Shown: piece after piece, positions 23,876-38,270 of the stretch
How positions within the stretch are numbered: position 1 is the first letter of the stretch
How the letters are laid out: the number at the start of each line of letters is the position of its first letter
NCBI GenBank assembly: GCA_000146045.2
Contig: BK006941.2
Span: 864,001-928,000, forward strand
DNA from: TPA_inf: Saccharomyces
Taxonomy: Eukaryota
DNA length: 64,000 nucleotides
Direction of reading: 5' to 3'
The notes under the pieces: generated by a model
Databases searched by the model: none
What the model was told of the DNA's origin: nothing
The model's input: the letters and a program-made list of their open reading frames with translations, nothing else
Made by a program: the position numbers and the translations under genes

Positions 23876-24881
23876 TAAAGTACTAATCTCATCCTCCTTT
23901 TGTTTTTCTCGAGAGGGCCCCCTTATTCGTCCGCCTGAGATTGCATTGGCCGAATTGAAAAGTGACAGTTATGCACCTCAGCGGCTATTCCCTGCGTCGC
24001 TTGCTGAAGATTGAGGATTATAGGAAGTAGTAAGCTGGAAATGGTAATTTGTAAAAAGAAAATTTCTAATACTGTGACAATGTTATTAAATCGGGGTTGT
24101 TTTTGTTTGGGGCGGCCAGCGGAATAATTTGTTTTCAAGGACAGCAGAAGCTCAGAAGAACAAAATCTCCGTGATCTTTTAAACTTTTTTCCATTCTGAT
24201 GGAATAATGGTCTTGATCCCCTAAATATTTCCTTTTTTATTGCAATTATGATAGAAATTAATAGTAGTCTATGCTGGATGATATATATATCTCTTTTGAG
24301 CTTGCTTCAAATTTTTTCCCGTTATAATGATGAGTGTTTTGCTTATTAAGGGTCTAGGACATTTCTATCAGTTTCTATACCAAAAGAAGAAAAAGTGGAG
24401 AATTGTTTGTTTATTTTAATATTTTGTTCTTTAGTTTTAAAAATTCAGAAGAGAAAAAAATTTTATTTGTCACAAGGAAATAAAACATAAACAAAAAAGA
24501 AAAATTAAGATTTGCAATTCTGCCGCTTAAGCAAAAGTAGATCATTCACTGGAATATATATATATAAACGCATTTATAATCTTGTAACGTGCACTCAATT
24601 TAGCTACGAAAGCCAACCAGCAAGGAACCTTTTATTTGAGTAGGTACATTTACATCTTCGGGTAACGCGGTGAAATTGAAAAATTTTAAGGCATTAATAA
24701 TTGAAAAGCTAGAAGAAATGGATGAATGAATGACATTGCGAACCATTGTGCAATGAACATCATCCAAAAGAAAACATCATTTACACATATTTTCTTTCCA
24801 GGGTCCCACTGGTAAAATCTATTAACATATAAAAAGATTTACAAAAAAACTTTAGTGCCATAACTACAGCAGGATCATCAT

Positions 24882-25622
24882 ATGTCAAGACTAGAAATAT
24901 ACTCGCCAGAAGGGCTACGTCTCGATGGACGTCGATGGAATGAACTCCGCCGTTTTGAAAGTTCCATCAACACACATCCGCACGCTGCAGACGGTTCATC
25001 CTACATGGAACAAGGTAACAACAAAATTATCACTCTTGTTAAAGGTCCAAAAGAGCCAAGATTGAAATCTCAAATGGATACCTCAAAGGCTTTATTGAAC
25101 GTATCGGTAAACATTACAAAATTCTCCAAATTCGAAAGAAGTAAATCAAGCCACAAGAATGAAAGGCGTGTTCTTGAGATACAAACCTCCCTGGTGAGGA
25201 TGTTTGAGAAGAATGTCATGCTGAATATCTACCCCAGAACAGTTATCGATATCGAGATCCATGTCCTTGAGCAAGATGGCGGTATTATGGGATCTTTAAT
25301 CAACGGTATTACCCTCGCTTTAATAGATGCCGGTATATCAATGTTCGATTACATAAGTGGTATATCCGTCGGGCTGTACGATACTACCCCATTATTAGAT
25401 ACCAATTCATTAGAAGAAAATGCTATGAGTACAGTGACACTAGGTGTGGTAGGGAAGTCAGAAAAACTTTCTCTTTTATTGGTGGAAGACAAAATTCCGT
25501 TAGATAGGTTAGAGAACGTTCTTGCCATCGGCATCGCAGGTGCTCATAGGGTAAGAGATTTGATGGATGAAGAACTGAGGAAACATGCTCAGAAAAGAGT
25601 CAGTAACGCCTCTGCTAGGTAG
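24882..25622 (+). CDS. SKI6: Exosome core subunit, RNase PH-like (Rrp41)
   Basis: 246-aa ORF; RNase PH fold similarity (LRLDGRRWNELR); recognised sequence. Confidence 0.9.
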   Translation: MSRLEIYSPEGLRLDGRRWNELRRFESSINTHPHAADGSSYMEQGNNKIITLVKGPKEPRLKSQMDTSKALLNVSVNITKFSKFERSKSSHKNERRVLEIQTSLVRMFEKNVMLNIYPRTVIDIEIHVLEQDGGIMGSLINGITLALIDAGISMFDYISGISVGLYDTTPLLDTNSLEENAMSTVTLGVVGKSEKLSLLLVEDKIPLDRLENVLAIGIAGAHRVRDLMDEELRKHAQKRVSNASAR

Positions 25623-25732
25623 AATAAAAAACGCCATTAATTGCCACTGTTTATATAAAAGTACATAAAAAACAGTAAAATTGAAAATTGAACGCATTTA
25701 CATTTTCGTGTTTCTACCGTAAAGCAAAACGC

Positions 25733-28234
<2,502 letters not shown>

Positions 28235-28496
28235 TTAACTATAATGCAAGTTTTGTGTTTACCTTGTTAACCATGTATGAAAGTGGTATTTAGGAATACT
28301 TTTAAGTGCCTTACAGAATTCTTGGCATGAGAAAAACAAAATAGCTACCCGGAATGAAACACTAATGTGTCACCAAACAAACAAACGACGTTATATAATT
28401 GTTGTGATATTTGCATCTTCATCTTATGATGATGAGAATATAAATAATTTTTAATCGTATTAAGTGTATATATGAATAAGCTATTAACCCTACCCA

Positions 28497-30140
28497 TTAA
28501 TTTCCGGGCGGGTTGTTATTTTTATCAGTATTGGCCTCTGCCGGGCGGCTAGCACGCTGGGTAGCTGCTGCGACAGCGGCTTCTGCTGCTTGCATAGCAT
28601 TTTTTTGCATTTTTTTACCTGCAAACTTCATACAAAATGGCATCAAGGATGTATTGAGGGCAACCCATGCCACGAGAATACCGTAATTTCTTCCCATTTT
28701 TCTTTTGGTTAAATTCAAAAAAATCACTTTATAGATATCCACGGCATTATGGATTGGCATTATGTAGCCGTACCTGTAAAATTCGTTGTTCAAAACCATT
28801 GGGTAGAATGAAGCAGAAATATTTAATATGATCCACGTCATCAACCAAATACTCAGGTATGGAGGGCAGTAAGCTATAACTAAGCTGAGAACGTTTTCAT
28901 TGGCACCACCAACAGCCATCATTACCAACCACGTAGACATCCAATATACTACGAATCCTCCTCTGCCAAAGGCGGGGGTGAAATCGATCCTAAAAATTGC
29001 AGATACGGTACAGAATCCAATGGAAAGAAGAAAATAAGTTGCCCAGGAAATTAGAAGCCTGTAGATTAAAATATGCTTTGGCTTCAGAACTCTGGCCATT
29101 TCTCCGTGCAACTTACCATATAATGACAGTTGTAAAACGGTTAACAAAATACAATAAATCAGACCGACCTGCAGAGGGGCCATTAGAATACGATCAGCAA
29201 AGGGACGATAATCGTTGTAGGTGAACAACAACTGTCCTGCAATCGCCCAGTTCTCCATGTTTATATTAAGATCTCTGTCATTAGAAGTGATGTTGCTCAT
29301 CAATGAGGGAAGATATTCCTTGACGTAATATTTCTGAAGGCGGACCTCCAATTGTTGCATGAGTGGTAGAATGGTCGATTTAACACTCGATGGGTCACGA
29401 CCACTTTCAAACACGGATTCAAAAAAAATTGATGAATTGAACTCCGAGTTTGCGTCTTGGCTAATCAAAGAATTATACAAAGTGTCTGTAGCATTAGGTT
29501 TAACGTTTAACGCCAGCCAGTATCTCTCATCGTAAATTAAATCGACTATCTTTCTGTCAATTTCGGTGGAGTTCGTCGTACCAAATTTCCTATGAAATGA
29601 TGTTGCGTTGTATATATGCCATGTCCCGGGGACAGACGCTAACAATGAGGGTATGATCGCGGAAATAGATTGAACTGAAGTATTAGATGGCGCATCCTGC
29701 AATACAACAATATTTTTCACTTTGAAAAAGTAACGATCTGTTCCGTAACAGGCACCCCAGTAAATCGATATGAGCGATACACACACACAAGCAATGAAGA
29801 AGTTGTTCAAAACAAACTTCGAGAGAATCTTTTTCCTATGATTTCGCAGTCTTGGAGAAAAAAGCCCTGTTTGAATTCTTGCCAAGGGACCGCCGTCGTT
29901 ACCGCCCTTCTCTTCCTCATTAGCGCCACCTTCCCCCACAGATGACAATGAGGACGGCTTTTCATCAGGAGGCCGATAGTCTTCTAATGACTTTGCTAAG
30001 TCAGAAGAATGGCCGGAACCCTCAGCAAATCGCTGATTACTGTACGAAACCCCGTCCCTGCCGCCAGTAAATGCAGCTGCTGCTGCAAAACTAGGGTCCT
30101 CAATGTACTGTGACTCTTCATCACCAACCGATTTAGTCAT
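28497..30140 (-). CDS. SNG1: Sng1, multi-pass membrane protein implicated in nitrosoguanidine resistance
   Basis: 547-aa ORF; several predicted TM helices in C-terminal two thirds; recognised sequence. Confidence 0.88.
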   Translation of the reverse strand: MTKSVGDEESQYIEDPSFAAAAAFTGGRDGVSYSNQRFAEGSGHSSDLAKSLEDYRPPDEKPSSLSSVGEGGANEEEKGGNDGGPLARIQTGLFSPRLRNHRKKILSKFVLNNFFIACVCVSLISIYWGACYGTDRYFFKVKNIVVLQDAPSNTSVQSISAIIPSLLASVPGTWHIYNATSFHRKFGTTNSTEIDRKIVDLIYDERYWLALNVKPNATDTLYNSLISQDANSEFNSSIFFESVFESGRDPSSVKSTILPLMQQLEVRLQKYYVKEYLPSLMSNITSNDRDLNINMENWAIAGQLLFTYNDYRPFADRILMAPLQVGLIYCILLTVLQLSLYGKLHGEMARVLKPKHILIYRLLISWATYFLLSIGFCTVSAIFRIDFTPAFGRGGFVVYWMSTWLVMMAVGGANENVLSLVIAYCPPYLSIWLMTWIILNISASFYPMVLNNEFYRYGYIMPIHNAVDIYKVIFLNLTKRKMGRNYGILVAWVALNTSLMPFCMKFAGKKMQKNAMQAAEAAVAAATQRASRPAEANTDKNNNPPGN

Positions 30141-30692
30141 ATTTGTTCTCTGTACGGCTACTTACACTTATGTCAGTACCCGATTCTTACGGCGTATAAA
30201 AGATTAAAGAAACAGGATATGTGGCTTGATATATACAAAAAAAAAGAACGATATGGAGTACACTATGTATCTCTCAACAATGCTAAGATATGAAGACGCT
30301 TATTGACTACGCCAGTCCGTTTTCCATTCCCTTCTTCGAATAGGGTGGCCCGTTGATGACAAAGCTGCGAGTCATCTATCATCAAACAAACTCACGGCTT
30401 TCGCTTTTCTTTAGTCTATTTCGGATTGTACCACCTCCTCGGACATTCATAAAAGGATTCGAAAACGAATAACCACGCATATACACGGAAATAGGAGAAA
30501 ACTAAACGGGAATCGGTTTATTTTTTTCTCAACATTTCTTTTTCCTGATTTTCCATCCTTTTCGAGATCCACCTATTGTGGTGAAAAATAACGAAAATAT
30601 GTGCTTTAGGTGTGCAAGGCATAATGTGTGGCATACTGGAAGGAACAAGTTGAACACGCCAGCTGGAAAGAAGTTCAATACCAACTTGCCCA

Positions 30693-33146
30693 ATGCCTAA
30701 CTCAAATGTTCGGATTCCTCCTACTGTTCCATCGAAGATAATAGATGTGGTCGACCAAGCGCTAAGAGCGCGACTCTTAGGTGGCAGCACCTTCAATTCA
30801 GGGTTTGATAGTTTAGATTCCGTACTTAACTTACAGTTTAGACTACATTACCATGTTATTGGATCGAATGGGCCTGCAAAACCAGTTTGTGATGTTTTAC
30901 TGAAGGAAAGTCAAAATTTAGAAAAGAATATGAGTATGATGGAGGAGTTGAATGACTATCCGGAGATTACAAAACTAGTGGAGAAAATTCTGTTCAATTG
31001 CCTCGGTATTCTTTTCTTCCACAGGGGCCAATTTCAGGAATCGCAGCGGTGCTTGCTGCACTCGTTGAAAATTCATAATAACACTGCATCGCAAAAAACA
31101 GCACTTATGGAGCAGTATGATAGGTATTTGATCGTAGAAAACCTGTACTACCGTGGTCTAGTTTCGCAAGACATAAATATCATGCAAAATGTTTTTTACA
31201 AAGAACTACTGGCCCACGTGGATACGATCCCTCCCGAATCAAACGGTCTTCTTTTCGAATACATCAGCTTGATCGTCGCAAAACTCAGGTTCAATCAAAT
31301 TCAGGATTTAGCAGAAAATTTTAAAACTACCGTCGAAAATCCTTTTATTCTTTTCCTTTACATGATAAAGAAGTTCCAGTCACCTCTCAAAAAGCACATT
31401 GATAATGATGATCTTTATTTGAAGTTCGGACAGAACGTTTTGTTGAAGGCCAAATTTCCTACTGCTAGTGAGACAAATGATGAAGCTTTGGAGCATTTTA
31501 ATGTCTTTTTGCAGTATTATTTCAAATTCACTCACATAAAAAAAATAAAAGTGAATCCCAGTTGGTATAATTTCATAATATCTTCAATGGAAAAGACTTT
31601 TCAAAGTATTGAAGTTTCGAAAACAGCAATGTTTCTTTTCCAAAACCTAAGCGATAACAGTAATGACGAAATAAAGAAGAAGACATTTAAAAGAGAATCT
31701 ATACTAAATTTTGTTAATTTTGTGAAATACAACGACAAGTACTATCAACTGCACGATAACTCCCACCGTGACATAATTTCATTCATTGATGCGTATTCTT
31801 TTATTTTACAAAACTCCTCCAAAACCGATTCAATCGAAAATGTTTTTGATTACGATAATACGGTATCTACGTTTGCGACTTCCTTGAATTCCTTCTACAA
31901 AGAATATAATTTGCCATTAATGAGCCAATCAGAATCTTTAGATTGGCTAGAAAACAGCACCAGATGTGTATACCCAGGAAACATTTCGAAAGTTCTAACA
32001 AATGCGTGGTCAACATTGTACGAAATCAGAAAATATCAGTTAGATTTTCTTGTATCTAATAATTTGACTTCATATCTATGTAATGCAATGATGCTGTCCA
32101 CAAAAGAAAAAGACAATGCTGATGTAGAAGAGCAGGAAGAAGGAGAGGAGGAGAAGGCATTACGTGAATTACAATTTAAATATTCTTACACTCTAGCACA
32201 ACAGAGGCACATTGAAACTGCAATCAAGACTCTAGAATCATTGATATTAAGTAAAAACCCAAATTACTACAAAGCTTGGCATCTATTAGCTCTTTGTAGG
32301 TCTGTGCAAGAGGATAAGGAAATGTCGTACAAGATAGTTTGCTCTGTTCTAGAAGCTATGAATGAAAGTCTTCAGAACAATACTTTACTTCTGAATGATA
32401 GATGGCAATTTATTCACCTAAAATTAACGCAATTGGCGCTAATTGAAGAAATTTTTGGCACTTTAGAGGCACTGGAGACACTTCCAGAGGTCTTTGAATT
32501 ATACGCAACATTATTTCCAGATTCACAACCTGAATTGAACAGCATGGGTCCCAAATATTCTCAAACTAAAGAATATCTTTTACAAATGGTGTGGATTTTT
32601 GCTGCAAATATGTACATGAGAACAAAAGACAATGATGAGGATGCCAAGGCCGCCATCAAAGAAGCCTCCAATGTCGAAAGTAAATTCAAGAATTTAAATT
32701 GTAATATTGCTAACGGTTATTTATCAATAATAAAAGATGAACCAGGCGTGGCATTAAAGGAATTTGAAACAGTTCTGTACTATGATGAGAATAATTTAGA
32801 TGCCTTGGTCGGATTCGCTGAATTAATTTTCCCTGAAGAACTAGGCGTCGAGGAAACTAATCTTGAGCGTTATTATACTCTCAGCCTTGATAAAAAACCA
32901 GGTAAGAGGGCCAAACTTACGTTCGTTAATGACACAGATAGGTCAGCAGCGTATGCAAGACTAAAATTTCTATTGGAGTGCGCAATACTAGAATCGATCG
33001 AGGCTTACTATTCCCCAGAAGTTTGGTGGTATTTGTCCCTCATTTACGAGAAATATCAAGATGACGAGTACAAAAACTCTTTGCTAAAATGTATTAAATA
33101 CCAAGAGTTGAATCCCATTCGCTCCCTAAGGTATTGCAATTACTAA
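30693..33146 (+). CDS. YPP1: Ypp1, TPR-like scaffold of the Stt4 PI4-kinase complex
   Basis: 817-aa ORF; alpha-helical repeat character; recognised sequence. Confidence 0.88.
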   Translation: MPNSNVRIPPTVPSKIIDVVDQALRARLLGGSTFNSGFDSLDSVLNLQFRLHYHVIGSNGPAKPVCDVLLKESQNLEKNMSMMEELNDYPEITKLVEKILFNCLGILFFHRGQFQESQRCLLHSLKIHNNTASQKTALMEQYDRYLIVENLYYRGLVSQDINIMQNVFYKELLAHVDTIPPESNGLLFEYISLIVAKLRFNQIQDLAENFKTTVENPFILFLYMIKKFQSPLKKHIDNDDLYLKFGQNVLLKAKFPTASETNDEALEHFNVFLQYYFKFTHIKKIKVNPSWYNFIISSMEKTFQSIEVSKTAMFLFQNLSDNSNDEIKKKTFKRESILNFVNFVKYNDKYYQLHDNSHRDIISFIDAYSFILQNSSKTDSIENVFDYDNTVSTFATSLNSFYKEYNLPLMSQSESLDWLENSTRCVYPGNISKVLTNAWSTLYEIRKYQLDFLVSNNLTSYLCNAMMLSTKEKDNADVEEQEEGEEEKALRELQFKYSYTLAQQRHIETAIKTLESLILSKNPNYYKAWHLLALCRSVQEDKEMSYKIVCSVLEAMNESLQNNTLLLNDRWQFIHLKLTQLALIEEIFGTLEALETLPEVFELYATLFPDSQPELNSMGPKYSQTKEYLLQMVWIFAANMYMRTKDNDEDAKAAIKEASNVESKFKNLNCNIANGYLSIIKDEPGVALKEFETVLYYDENNLDALVGFAELIFPEELGVEETNLERYYTLSLDKKPGKRAKLTFVNDTDRSAAYARLKFLLECAILESIEAYYSPEVWWYLSLIYEKYQDDEYKNSLLKCIKYQELNPIRSLRYCNY

Positions 33147-33501
33147 CGATAATTCTTCTGATATATACACACACATATATACATATGGGCGCAAGTATAT
33201 TCTGGTGTAAAGATACTCATAGAAAGCATAAAGATGTAATTCAATCTAGTTGTATTATATTATTCATTGATTTATATTAATTTGATGAACAATGGAACAT
33301 CTTCTCTTCAATAACGGTTTTGCCCATATACTTGACGTTATTAGGTTACCCGTTTTTATAAATGTAATAAGTTCAATAATTTGAAAAGAGCATTAGCTAT
33401 AGTCACGTTTCGCGTTGAAACAATTCTTTAAATTATCTTCTCTTGGCAGTTTAATATACCAAACGATAGTCCTAACATACTGTTTTTCTTATTATTTACC
33501 A

Positions 33502-35781
33502 ATGAGTAAAGCCAAGGGAACGGGATTTTCATCAATTGATACTGAAGATGAAAACTTACGCGAACGTTATGTTAATCAACCAAAAGCTAATGCCTCCGAT
33601 ATTCAAGATGAACAATTAGATTGCTTTGAGCAACTAGAAGAAAAACATAGGACAAAAAAAAATGAAGAATACACTGCGTTGAAAATTTTAAGGGATGTCA
33701 TAGGTCCCCTTTTATTAACTATAACTTCGTTTTATCTAAGATTCCAACATATAGATCAGAACAATTATGTTGTCTGGGATGAGGCTCATTTTGGGAAATT
33801 CGGATCATACTACATCAAACATGAGTACTACCACGATGTCCACCCTCCACTTGGTAAAATGCTTATTGCATTGAGCGAATGGATGGCAGGATTTGACGGT
33901 CAATTTGACTTTTCCTCTAATAATGCATATCCGGAAAACGTAAACTTTAAACTAATGAGACAATTTAATGCCACATTTGGAGCTCTATGTACACCAGTAG
34001 CTTTCTTTACAGCCAAATGGATGGGGTTCAATTATTTTACTGTTTATTTGATTGCTACGATGGTAACGTTGGAACATTCATATATTGTCCTCTCAAAATT
34101 CATATTGCTAGATTCAATGCTGCTTTTTTTCTCGATGACGACTTTTGCCTGTATGATAAAGTTGTATACGTTGAGAAAGCAACAAATGACGAAAAAATGG
34201 TCGTTATGGATGTTATTAACTGGTTTATCTATTGGTTGCGTTTGTTCTGTGAAATGGGTTGGTCTTTTTATCACAGTTGTAGTCGGCCTCTACACATGTA
34301 TAGAACTATTTTTGCTCTATTGTGATAAAGAATTGCCTAGAATAAAATATTACAAACATTGGCTTATCAGAATCATTAATCTGATAGTAATTCCTTTTCT
34401 TATCTATCTCTATTGCTTCAAAATTCACTTTGTGTTGTTGTACAAATCTGGCACGGGGGATTCTACTACAAATACGTTATTTCAGATAAACTTGGAGGGA
34501 ACTCAGATTGAGGCGGGTCCTCGTGATGTAGCATTTGGGTCAGAGTTAACCATAAGGTCGCATGGTTTAAGCCCGAATCTGCTGCATTCACATATTCAAG
34601 TATACCCAGAAGGCTCTGGACAGCGCCAAATCACTGGATATGGATTCGCAGACTCTAATAATGTTTGGAAGTTTGAATTTTCTAGGTCTTCTGGATTGGA
34701 ACTAGATCAGAACGGGACTTTGAATGGCAAAATAATCCCAATAACGGATGGTGTGGAAGTTCGTCTCAGCCATAAAAATACAGGATCGAATCTTCACTCG
34801 CATGATGTACCTTCTCACGTCTCTAGAGGAAATTATGAGGTTTCAGGCTATGGGTCACAAAGTGTTGGCGATGAAAAGGATGATTGGATAGTGGAGATTG
34901 TGAAACAAATGGATTCACCAAATCCCGTCTATTCTAATGAGAATTCAACTATTTTACATCCAGTTTCTACTTTCTTCAGGTTGAGACACAAAGTTTTAGG
35001 TTGTTACTTGGCTTCTACTGGATTGACGTATCCAGCTTGGGGATTTAAACAAGCTGAAATCGTCTGCAAAGACTCCTGGAGTCGTAGGGACAAATCGACC
35101 TGGTGGAATGTAGAAGATCACTGGAACCACAATTTAGAAACCGCAGAAGATTACGTTCCACCAAAATCCAATTTTTGGACCGATTTTATTCTAACTAATT
35201 TTGCCATGGCCTCCTCTAATAACGCGTTAGTGCCTGATGAGGATAAATATGATAGTTTATCGTCTGATGCATGGGAATGGCCAACCTTGCATAAAGGGCT
35301 AAGAATGTGTTCATGGGCGGGATATATCACTCGATATTACTTGATGGGATCTCCCTTCAATACATGGATTTCTACTGTCTCCTTAATCATCTTCCCATTT
35401 ATTATTCTTTTTATATTATATCGTTGGAGGAGACAAACGCTTTATCTCTCAGACGATCAAATCTGGCAAATAACGATACAGGGTATTTTTCCTTTCATTT
35501 CCTGGATGACACATTATCTGCCTTTTGCAATGATGGGGAGAGTGACGTATGTACATCACTACGTTCCCGCTTTATATTTTGCAATGCTTGTTTTCGGATT
35601 TGTGCTTGATTTCACTTTGACAAGAGTCCATTGGATGGTCAAATATCCCATCTATTTGTCATTGTTTGGCGGATGTATATACATTTATAATTTATTTGCT
35701 CCAATATGTCAGGGTATGCATGGTGATAAAGCGGAATACTTACCTTTGCAGTGGTTATCTACTTGGGATATCGCACCTTAG
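33502..35781 (+). CDS. PMT6: Protein O-mannosyltransferase (GT39 PMT family) with MIR domains; start at MSKAKGTGFSS (track ORF begins 29 codons upstream at 33415)
   Basis: PMT-family N-terminal TM region with conserved DE motif region (WDEAHFGKFGSYYIKHEYYHDVHPPLGKML), central MIR motifs, C-terminal TM region; recognised sequence; I recall the protein as 759 aa, which fits ATG 33502. Confidence 0.88.
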   Translation: MSKAKGTGFSSIDTEDENLRERYVNQPKANASDIQDEQLDCFEQLEEKHRTKKNEEYTALKILRDVIGPLLLTITSFYLRFQHIDQNNYVVWDEAHFGKFGSYYIKHEYYHDVHPPLGKMLIALSEWMAGFDGQFDFSSNNAYPENVNFKLMRQFNATFGALCTPVAFFTAKWMGFNYFTVYLIATMVTLEHSYIVLSKFILLDSMLLFFSMTTFACMIKLYTLRKQQMTKKWSLWMLLTGLSIGCVCSVKWVGLFITVVVGLYTCIELFLLYCDKELPRIKYYKHWLIRIINLIVIPFLIYLYCFKIHFVLLYKSGTGDSTTNTLFQINLEGTQIEAGPRDVAFGSELTIRSHGLSPNLLHSHIQVYPEGSGQRQITGYGFADSNNVWKFEFSRSSGLELDQNGTLNGKIIPITDGVEVRLSHKNTGSNLHSHDVPSHVSRGNYEVSGYGSQSVGDEKDDWIVEIVKQMDSPNPVYSNENSTILHPVSTFFRLRHKVLGCYLASTGLTYPAWGFKQAEIVCKDSWSRRDKSTWWNVEDHWNHNLETAEDYVPPKSNFWTDFILTNFAMASSNNALVPDEDKYDSLSSDAWEWPTLHKGLRMCSWAGYITRYYLMGSPFNTWISTVSLIIFPFIILFILYRWRRQTLYLSDDQIWQITIQGIFPFISWMTHYLPFAMMGRVTYVHHYVPALYFAMLVFGFVLDFTLTRVHWMVKYPIYLSLFGGCIYIYNLFAPICQGMHGDKAEYLPLQWLSTWDIAP

Positions 35782-35903
35782 TAAAAAAAAAAAAAACTCC
35801 AACTCCTTTACACAGAATCACGAAAATTGTAAATAATAATGCCAAATAAAGGCATTAACTTATTATCCTCTTCTTTTCACATGAGAAATGATATAGATAT
35901 TGC

Positions 35904-38270
35904 CTATTCATATGCTAATGAGTATATACGGGTGGACAAATCACTACTTCCTACACCTAAAAATAATTTACCGTTTCTCTTTAAATGTGACCACCTCAAT
36001 CTTGTAATTTTGTCTGCTGGTGTTATATCCTCGTTTAGCTGCGTTATTAACTCAAACTTTCCCAAAGTATAACTGTATAAATAAATCTCACCGTTTTCAA
36101 GACCCACCGATATCAAAATTTTCTCTCTTATCATGCTGTCATGTATGGAAATAGCAGTGACAGCTTTAGTGTGTTTAATTGATGCTTCCAGAACGTAGTC
36201 ATCAGCTGGCTCCTTTTGGTGCCTCCATACTTTGACAGTTTTATCCCTGGACGCGGTGACAAAAACATTACCAAACTCTAATGGTGCCCAGTCTGCATCC
36301 CATATAATCCTTGTGTGTGGTTTTTCATTTTTGAATCTCAATTCAAAAGTATTATCTTCCATATTTCTTTCCCAAAGCGCCCATTTTCTGTCTCTACAAA
36401 CACTCAATAAAAATTTTCCATCTTTAGAGAATTTTAATCTTGTTATCGTTAGACTGTGGAACGGTAATGCAGGCTTTATTTCTAACCAATTTTCTGTGCT
36501 GAATATTCTAATAACTGCATTCTGAACATTATTTGATCTACAAGCAGAAGCAATTAATTTCTGATCCGGAGAAATATCAAGACACGTTATTTCAAAACCA
36601 TGTCCGTAAAGCTTTTCCACTTCAGGCCATAACAAGTGTCTTTGCAATTGGTCTTCCATAGGTGGACATTCTAGCAAGGACAATGGATCAGTGATATCTG
36701 GTGTTTCTTTATTACCACCTTCCTCCTCTTCATCATCTTCATTTGCGTCATCCTCACCAGCTTTATTAGACAAACCTAACACAGGAACGGTAGCAGAGTC
36801 TGGCATTTCACTTTTTTCCTCAAATTGAATACCAACAAACTTTTGTAACATTCCTGCCACCCCTTTAGGTAGGTCAAATGATCTCAAGATTTTTTCATCA
36901 CCACCACTTACAAATCTGGTATCCGTCACTGTCTCAACACAAATCATATCATAACCATGTATTTGTGGCCTAGAAAATTCATGCCAGGTAGCTATTTCCC
37001 TTTTTCTCCCGCTGGCATCATAAATCCATGGAGCAAAGAGTCTAGTGGTCTGATCCAGAGAAGTAGCCAATAGGTACTCGCCGCTAGGAGACCAAGCAAT
37101 GTCCGTCACATCCTTCGTGGCACCGGATATGCCCAACCTTTGATCGCAAATAATATTATCCTTTGTAGCCCACATCCTCCAGGACCCAGTCTTACCATTG
37201 GTCAAAAAGAAATCCATTCTCTCATGAGTAAACCATAGACAGGACCAAAAACCTCCAGAGGAACCCGTTGCAGTTGAGGCACCTTTTGAGGACATTTCTC
37301 CTAACCGTAGACTGCACACCCAAATGCCTGAAGTCTCATCAGGTTCCCATACCATCAATGAAGTATCAGCAGTAGCAGCTAGTAGTTGTAAGCGACTTTC
37401 GTGCCACTGAAGGGATGAAATCCAATCATCATGGCCCATAATTAAGGCTTCAAAATTTATGCCTACTCTCAATTCATCATCAATTTGAAATTTATATTGT
37501 TTATTGCTCAATAATGTTAATTTCTTTGAATCTTCTTCAGAGTCATCGATTAAATCGTTAATCCTAATTCTCCACAATCTAATATAACGGTCCTGAGAGC
37601 CAGAGCATAACAAATAATCACCCGGAGTTTCCTGGTGACGGAAAGCCAATGACTTGACCCAGTCTTCATGACCTTCCAATTCTGCAACCACTCGACACTT
37701 CTCAATGCCAGAATCACTTAAAATGAAAGATGCGATAAAAACGTTCACATTAGTACCCCCAATGGCAAGTAAATACTTTTTTTCTTCAACTTTTGACAGT
37801 GATAAACACAGTGGATAGAAGAATCCCTTTTTTATGGTGAATTCATGAGCAAGACCAAACTCATCATTTTGAATATTTTGTCTCCATATGCTGATAGTAC
37901 CATCAGCACAACCGACTGAAATAAGACTTGGTAAAGCGCTTAATGCCACAATCGTCTTCGAGTAATGTTGAATGGTTTGAATACATTGTAAATGTGAGTA
38001 ATCAGTAAATTTCCAGATCTTAACATGATGATCCTCAGATGCAGATACCATAAAATCTGAATCTGGGACAAATCTGACACAAGTCACTTCAGCTTCGTGG
38101 CCTTTCAAAGTTGCATAAACACCTTTATTATTTGGTTCAATGGGGTCCCATAATGCAATAGTTTTACCTGCGCCAAATGCGACGATTTTTTTAACTTTGT
38201 GTATATCGCTAACCTGAGTTTGCTTGTTAGCACCTATAAAAATGGCTTCGGGAGTGATACATTCCACCAT
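35904..38270 (-). CDS. ELP2: Elongator complex subunit 2, WD40 repeat protein
   Basis: 788-aa ORF with many WD-repeat signatures (GH...WD-like units); recognised sequence. Confidence 0.9.
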   Translation of the reverse strand: MVECITPEAIFIGANKQTQVSDIHKVKKIVAFGAGKTIALWDPIEPNNKGVYATLKGHEAEVTCVRFVPDSDFMVSASEDHHVKIWKFTDYSHLQCIQTIQHYSKTIVALSALPSLISVGCADGTISIWRQNIQNDEFGLAHEFTIKKGFFYPLCLSLSKVEEKKYLLAIGGTNVNVFIASFILSDSGIEKCRVVAELEGHEDWVKSLAFRHQETPGDYLLCSGSQDRYIRLWRIRINDLIDDSEEDSKKLTLLSNKQYKFQIDDELRVGINFEALIMGHDDWISSLQWHESRLQLLAATADTSLMVWEPDETSGIWVCSLRLGEMSSKGASTATGSSGGFWSCLWFTHERMDFFLTNGKTGSWRMWATKDNIICDQRLGISGATKDVTDIAWSPSGEYLLATSLDQTTRLFAPWIYDASGRKREIATWHEFSRPQIHGYDMICVETVTDTRFVSGGDEKILRSFDLPKGVAGMLQKFVGIQFEEKSEMPDSATVPVLGLSNKAGEDDANEDDEEEEGGNKETPDITDPLSLLECPPMEDQLQRHLLWPEVEKLYGHGFEITCLDISPDQKLIASACRSNNVQNAVIRIFSTENWLEIKPALPFHSLTITRLKFSKDGKFLLSVCRDRKWALWERNMEDNTFELRFKNEKPHTRIIWDADWAPLEFGNVFVTASRDKTVKVWRHQKEPADDYVLEASIKHTKAVTAISIHDSMIREKILISVGLENGEIYLYSYTLGKFELITQLNEDITPADKITRLRWSHLKRNGKLFLGVGSSDLSTRIYSLAYE

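Noticed and set aside
30518-30796. 92-aa minus-strand ORF overlapping the YPP1 start
   Set aside because: Short, no homology, overlaps YPP1 5' end in antisense; typical spurious ORF.
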